From: Chloroflexota bacterium
GTDB taxonomy: Bacteria; Chloroflexota; UBA11872; VXOZ01
Length of the DNA: 64,000 nt
Direction of reading: 5' to 3'
Assembly (NCBI GenBank): GCA_963662335.2
Contig: CAXXVD010000001.1
Location: 96,001-160,000 of the forward strand
Part shown: positions 59,047-64,000 of the stretch, piece after piece
How the letters are laid out: each line of letters starts with the position of its first letter
How positions within the stretch are numbered: position 1 is the first letter of the stretch
Notes under the pieces: generated by a model
Told to the model about the DNA's origin: nothing
The model's database searches: none
Seen by the model: only the letters and a program-made list of their open reading frames with translations
Translations under genes and position numbers: made by a program

Positions 59047-60441
59047 ATGAGCACCACCGTCGAGACTTCCAACCGTACGCTTGACGAACTCTTTGTCCGG
59101 CAGTTTGCCGGCTCCGCCGCGCGCTTCCAGGAAGCCGTCGGCATCTTTCCCAATGGCGCGACCCACGATAGCCGCGCGCAGAAACCCTTTCCGCTCTACA
59201 TCGAGCGGGCGCAGGGTGCGCACAAGTGGGACGTGGACGGCAATCGCATCATCGACTTTCTCGTCGGCCACGGCGCGTTGCTGCTCGGCCACGGCCACCC
59301 CGACGTTGTCGCGGCCGTAAACGACCAGATGCAGCGCGGCACGCACTACGGCGCGGCGCACGAGCGCGAAATCGAATGGGGCCGCTGGGTGCAGCGGCTC
59401 GTGCCCGCCGCCGAGCGCGTGCGCTTTACCGGCACCGGCACTGAGGCCACTCTCATGTGCCTGCGGCTGGCGCGCGCGTATACCGGCAAAAGCAAAGTTA
59501 TCAAATTCGAGCATCACTTCCACGGTTGGCACGACTACGTGGTGGTGGAAGAACCGCCCGCGCCGCCGCCCGCCGGTGTCCCCGCGGGCACGGCCGGCTC
59601 AATGCTCGTGCTGCCGGTGCATGATCCGGAGCGGCTGGAGTCCGTCTTGCGCAGCGACCCCGACATTGCCGCCGTCATCCTGGAACCCACCGGCGCGGGG
59701 TACTCTTCGCATCCGCTCGATCCCGACTTCCTGGCAGCCGTGCGCAAACTCACGCTGGACTACGGCGTGCTGCTCATCATGGACGAGGTGATAACCGGCT
59801 TTCGCTGCTCACCGGGCGGCGCGCAGGCGGCCACCGGCGTCATTCCCGACCTCACGAGCCTGGCGAAGATTCTGGCCGGCGGTTTGCCCGGCGGCGCGGT
59901 AGCCGGGCGCGCCGACATCCTCGCCCACCTGGAATACCGCGCTGAACCGGGGTGGAACGCCCGCAAGAAAATTCGCCACCAGGGCACGTTCAACGCTAAC
60001 CCGTTGTCGGCTGCGGCCGGCACTACTGCCCTGTCAATCGTGGCCGAAGGCTGGCCGGCCCGCCACGTCAACGACCTGGCGGCCATGCTGCGCACTGAAC
60101 TCAACCAGGTCATGGACGCCCACGGCCTTACCGGCTGCGTCTACGGCACGTACTCCATGTTCCACATCCTGCTCTACAATCCCCACAATCCCCACGAGAA
60201 GATCAACCTGGCGGATTTCGATTCCGCCGATGCCCAGCCGTTCCTCACCATGCGGGACGCGGATGCGGCGCTCTACGGCAAGCTGAAACGCGGCTTGCAG
60301 GTCAACGGCGTGGACCTCATGGGCGACGGCGGCATGCTCTCCACCGCGCACACCGAGGAAGACGTGCGCGAAGCGGCTGCGGCTTTCGACCGCACGGTGG
60401 ACCTCTTGAAGCGGGAAGGCGCGATTCCCGGCGTCCGGTAG
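59047..60441 (+). CDS. Class III PLP aminotransferase (HemL-like paralog)
   Basis: WDVDGN, LLGH, RFTGTGTEA, FHG, DEVITGFR, AKILAGGLP, HQGTFNANP. Confidence 0.87.
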   Translation: MSTTVETSNRTLDELFVRQFAGSAARFQEAVGIFPNGATHDSRAQKPFPLYIERAQGAHKWDVDGNRIIDFLVGHGALLLGHGHPDVVAAVNDQMQRGTHYGAAHEREIEWGRWVQRLVPAAERVRFTGTGTEATLMCLRLARAYTGKSKVIKFEHHFHGWHDYVVVEEPPAPPPAGVPAGTAGSMLVLPVHDPERLESVLRSDPDIAAVILEPTGAGYSSHPLDPDFLAAVRKLTLDYGVLLIMDEVITGFRCSPGGAQAATGVIPDLTSLAKILAGGLPGGAVAGRADILAHLEYRAEPGWNARKKIRHQGTFNANPLSAAAGTTALSIVAEGWPARHVNDLAAMLRTELNQVMDAHGLTGCVYGTYSMFHILLYNPHNPHEKINLADFDSADAQPFLTMRDADAALYGKLKRGLQVNGVDLMGDGGMLSTAHTEEDVREAAAAFDRTVDLLKREGAIPGVR

Positions 60442-60519
60442 CACAGGCGGCTACGTCCTGGTAGTACTCGATGCGCCGGCGCTTCATCGCTTGCGGCTGC
60501 CACGCGGGGTGGGCAGAGA

Positions 60520-60597
60520 GGGCGCAGGTTGCAAACCTACGCTACCGCTATTGCCGCCAGTACATTCGGGCGCAGGTTGCAAACCTACGCTACCGCT
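60520..60597 (-). repeat. Two tandem GTAG-type REPs, family E, 48-bp period
   Basis: GGGCGCAGGTTGCAAACCTACGCTACCGCT at 60520-60549 and 60568-60597. Confidence 0.82.
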
Positions 60598-60656
60598 GTC
60601 ACGGCCTATCGATTTGAGCGCGTTGGACCACGGTCCGGCAGCGCGTGGCGCGCTGG

Positions 60657-61226
60657 CTAGGCGTCTTGCTCTTTGAGGTATTCGATAGCGCCGCGCACCA
60701 CGTCGAAGCGGCCCTCGCCGACCTTGGCCAAGCGCACGTCGCCCCGGCGGTCGATGAGGTAGAGGGTCGGCCAGGCGCGGTTGCCAAACGCCCGCCAAAT
60801 CTTGAAGTCGTTGTCGATGGCGACGGGATAGGGCACGCCGAGCCGATCAACGGCCTTGCGCACGTTTTCCACGACCTTCTCGTGGACGAACTCAGGCGTG
60901 TGGATGCTGAGCAGCGTGAAGCGGTCATCCGCGTAGGTGTTGTGAATATCCACCAGACCGGGGATGTCGTTGAGGCAGTTAATTCAGCCGTAGGTCCAGA
61001 AGCCGATCCCAACTGCCGACTTTCCCCGAAAACCCGCCAGCGTAAGCGGCTCCGAGTTGATCCACGTGGCCGAACTAATCTCCGGCGCTTTGCCGAGCCT
61101 CGGTAGACCGTCAAAGTGCCGTACTTCGCCGCCGCCGCTTTCCGTAAGCGACGACCCGCCGCACGCGCTCAGCCCAATTGCCGCTGCGCCGCCGGCCAGT
61201 CCGTAGAGCAGGTTTCGCCTTCGCAT
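60657..61226 (-). CDS. Tat-type lipoprotein thioredoxin-fold redoxin (DipZ-like), putative selenoprotein with UxxC; TGA at 60986-60984 read as Sec
   Basis: MRRRNLL..LSAC; WINSEPL; FWTYG-TGA-INC matches DipZ FWTYxCINC; continues IHTPEF, YPVAIDND, NRAWPTLYLID, VGEG; split by the track into 60984..61229 and 60657..60953. Confidence 0.88.
60948..60965 (-). promoter_or_regulatory. Candidate bacterial SECIS hairpin
   Basis: ATCC-CCG-GTC-TGG-T-GGAT starting 18 nt after the TGA; apical GGUCU resembles the E. coli fdhF SECIS loop. Confidence 0.6.
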
Positions 61227-61241
61227 CACCGGCCTCCTCTA

Positions 61242-63842
61242 TCAGCCCACCACCACGTTTATCAAGCGGCCCGGCACGTATTTGACCAGTCTGACGTCCC
61301 GGCCGTCCAAGAACTGCTGTACGCGCGCGCTCGCCAGCGCCAATTCGCGGGCGCCGTCCTCGTCCAGCGAGACGCTGGCCTCGATCGTATCGCGCACGCG
61401 GCCGTTCACCTGGACGACCAGCGTAAACGTCTCCTCCTGGATGAGCGCCTCGTCGAATTCCGGCCACTCCTGCTGGTGGACGGAGAATTCATGCCCCCAG
61501 CGTTCCCACACTTCCTCGGCCAGGTGGGGCGCGACCGGCGCGAGCACCAGCAGGAACTGTTCCATCGCCGTGCGCCACGTCTCGGTGGCCGCCAACTCCG
61601 GCGAGTAGACTTTGTAGAGCCAGTTGGTAAACTCCATGAAATACGCGACCATGGTGTTGAACTTCATGGCGTCGATGTCCTCGCCGGCGCGCTTGATCAC
61701 GCGGTTGATCCAGCGCGTCAACTCGGCCTCGGCCTTCTCCACCGGCAGCGGCTCGCTGCCCTGCTCCACCCGGCCCAGCAGCATGTTCCACACGCGCACC
61801 AGCCAGCGGCGCGCGCCGGGAATGCCCTCCGTGCTCCACTCGATGTTCTGGTCGAATGGGCCCATGAAGAGTTCATACACGCGCAGCGCGTCAACGCCGA
61901 ACTTCTCTACCATTTCATCCGGGCCAATGACGTTGCCGCGGCTCTTGGACATCCTGCTGCCGTCCGGCGCCAACACCACGCCCTGGTGCCGCAGTTTGGT
62001 AAACGGCTCGTTGAAGTCGATGAGCATGGCGTCTTTGATGACTTTCGTCCAGAAACGCGCGTAGATCAGGTGCATGGTGGCGTGCTCGGCGCCGCCGACG
62101 TAGAGGTCAACCGGCAGCCAGTGGCGCGCTTTGTCCAGGCCGAACGGCAGTTCGTCGTTCTGCGGATCGGCAAAGCGCAGGAAGTACCACGATGAGCACG
62201 CGAACGTATCCATGGTGTCCGTCTCGCGCTCGGCGGGACCGCCGCAGTCCGGGCACGTGGTGGCAACGAACGACCCCGCCTTGGCGAGCGGCGAGCGACC
62301 GTCGCCGGTGGGTTGGAAGTCTTCAATTTCCGGCAGCAGCACCGGCAGTTGCGGCGTGGGCATCTCGACCCAACCGCACTTCGGGCACTTGACCATGGGA
62401 ATTGGCGCGCCCCAGTAGCGCTGGCGCGAAATCAGCCAGTCCCTCATGCGGTATTGCACCTTGGCGCCGCCCAGGTCGCGCTCCTTCAGCCACCCGGTTA
62501 TTCTTTCCCCACCTTCAGTGGACGTTTCGCCGTCGAACGCGCCGGAATTCACCAGCGTGCCTTCGCCCTCGTAGGCGTCGGCAACGGCCCAGTCGACGTC
62601 GTCCGGCGGTTGCACCACCACGCGCACGTCCAGGCCGAACTTCTGAGCGAACTCGAAGTCCCGCTGGTCGTGGGCGGGCACCGCCATGATCGCGCCGGTG
62701 CCGTAGGTCACCAGTACGTAATCGGCGATCCAGATTGGGATGTGTTCGTCGTTCACGGGATTGACGGCGTAGGAGCCGGTGAAGACGCCGGTCTTCTCGC
62801 GCTCGGCGGACTGGCGCTCGGTTTCTTCCGTACGCTCCGCGGCGGCCACGTAGCGCGCCACGGCCTCCTTCTGTTCCGGCTTCGTGAGCTTGTCCACCAG
62901 GTCGTGTTCCGGCGCCAGCACCATGAAAGTCGCGCCGAACAACGTATCCGCGCGCGTGGTAAAGACCCGCAGTTCGTCACCGAATTCCGTCAGAAAGACG
63001 GCTTCCGTGCCCTCGCTGCGGCCAATCCAATTGCGCTGCATCTCCTTGGTGGATTCCGGCCAGTCCAGTTTCTCCAGGTCGTTCAGCAGGCGGTCGGCGT
63101 ACTTGGTAATCGCGAAGTACCACTGCTCCAGGCTCTTCTTCTCCACCAGCGAATCGCAACGCCAGCAGCGGCCGTCGTGCACCTGCTCGTTGGCCAGGAT
63201 GGTCTGGCAGGAAGGACACCACCACTGCTGGCCCTTGGCCTTGTACGCCAAGCCGCGGCGGTGAATCAGCAAGAACAGCCACTGCGTAAACTTGTAGTAT
63301 TCCGGCGCGCTGGAGTCGATCTCGCGCTCCCAATCGAACGAGCACCCAATCAGGTCGAGTTGGCGTTTGTAGTTGGCGGTGTTCTGGTCCACGGTCAGCC
63401 GGGGCGCGATGCCCGTATCGCGGGCGCGGTTCTCGGCGGGCAAGCCAAAGGCGTCCCAACCCATAGGGTGCAGCACGTTATAGCCGCGCATGCGCATCTG
63501 GCGGGAGATGACGTCCGTGGGGATATAGTTGTGGCAGTGACCGACGGAGATGCCGTCCCCCGACGGATACGGGAAGAAGTCAAGACAGTAGAACGTCTTG
63601 CGGCTGTCCTCGCTGTCTGCGGTCTTGTAGAGGCTGGTATCGCGCCAGCGCGCCTGCCAGGCCTGCTCGAAATCCTGCGGCTGGTATTCCTCTGAGACTT
63701 CCTTTGCCGACGCCTGGGTTTCGTCGGCCGGCGCTTCCGCCGGGACGGTCTCCGCTGGGGATTCCTCTGGGTTGGCTTCCGCCGGCGCCGCCACGGGAGT
63801 TTCTACTTCGCCCGCCGCTGCCGGCTCATCCGCTTGGCTCAT
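61242..63842 (-). CDS. leuS: Leucine--tRNA ligase
   Basis: FPYPSG..SVGH, PMGWDAFGLPAEN, LANEQV, MQRNWIGRSEG, FTTRADT, GTGAIMAVPAHDQRD, WLISRQRYWGAPIP, RMSKS, QVNGRVR. Confidence 0.96.
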   Translation of the reverse strand: MSQADEPAAAGEVETPVAAPAEANPEESPAETVPAEAPADETQASAKEVSEEYQPQDFEQAWQARWRDTSLYKTADSEDSRKTFYCLDFFPYPSGDGISVGHCHNYIPTDVISRQMRMRGYNVLHPMGWDAFGLPAENRARDTGIAPRLTVDQNTANYKRQLDLIGCSFDWEREIDSSAPEYYKFTQWLFLLIHRRGLAYKAKGQQWWCPSCQTILANEQVHDGRCWRCDSLVEKKSLEQWYFAITKYADRLLNDLEKLDWPESTKEMQRNWIGRSEGTEAVFLTEFGDELRVFTTRADTLFGATFMVLAPEHDLVDKLTKPEQKEAVARYVAAAERTEETERQSAEREKTGVFTGSYAVNPVNDEHIPIWIADYVLVTYGTGAIMAVPAHDQRDFEFAQKFGLDVRVVVQPPDDVDWAVADAYEGEGTLVNSGAFDGETSTEGGERITGWLKERDLGGAKVQYRMRDWLISRQRYWGAPIPMVKCPKCGWVEMPTPQLPVLLPEIEDFQPTGDGRSPLAKAGSFVATTCPDCGGPAERETDTMDTFACSSWYFLRFADPQNDELPFGLDKARHWLPVDLYVGGAEHATMHLIYARFWTKVIKDAMLIDFNEPFTKLRHQGVVLAPDGSRMSKSRGNVIGPDEMVEKFGVDALRVYELFMGPFDQNIEWSTEGIPGARRWLVRVWNMLLGRVEQGSEPLPVEKAEAELTRWINRVIKRAGEDIDAMKFNTMVAYFMEFTNWLYKVYSPELAATETWRTAMEQFLLVLAPVAPHLAEEVWERWGHEFSVHQQEWPEFDEALIQEETFTLVVQVNGRVRDTIEASVSLDEDGARELALASARVQQFLDGRDVRLVKYVPGRLINVVVG

Positions 63843-64000
63843 GTTCTCCAACGCCTCCGCGTACGTTTTGCGTCCAAATCTACGTCTAGTGATGTAATTC
63901 CGAAGCACTGTACGCCCATTGTAGCATAGAAGGAAGCCTCTCCCCGCTGTAGATTGCAATCTTTCTGTAGCTGTAGCATTTGATGGTGAGATTACGCGAG

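Noticed and set aside
1-64000. tRNA-Sec (selC), selA, selD, other tRNA or rRNA genes, transposases or integrases
   Set aside because: None recognised by eye; a tRNAscan/Infernal/HMM run would be needed to exclude them firmly.

Overview
High-GC bacterial chromosomal segment. Gene content and style suggest Chloroflexota, possibly a host- or sponge-associated lineage; this is inference only. Housekeeping genes: selB, murF, ddl, prs, dapL, leuS, and a TPP-riboswitch-controlled NCS1/CytX-type permease. There are many catabolic enzymes and lipoproteins, often as paralog pairs, plus repeat proteins (NHL, ankyrin, PD40), several small AT-richer accessory islets and a dense set of REP/REPIN/MITE-like palindromes. 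The strongest hidden signal is two Tat-type thioredoxin-fold lipoproteins that the ORF track splits. Each has an in-frame TGA exactly at the first Cys of CxxC (U-P-V-C at 11811, U-I-N-C at 60984), followed at identical spacing by a conserved SECIS-like hairpin, with selB in the same window. One sits behind ccdA and the other directly behind leuS. Other notable items: REP copies inserted in frame in a CinA/PncC gene, a nested MITE-like element with variable central spacers, stand-alone tandem-Cache lipoproteins, a proteasome-beta-like (Thr1/Asp17) orphan, an Lnt-like protein lacking the catalytic Cys, and an ABC operon with a duplicated permease pair. No rRNA, tRNA, CRISPR array or intact transposase was found by eye.
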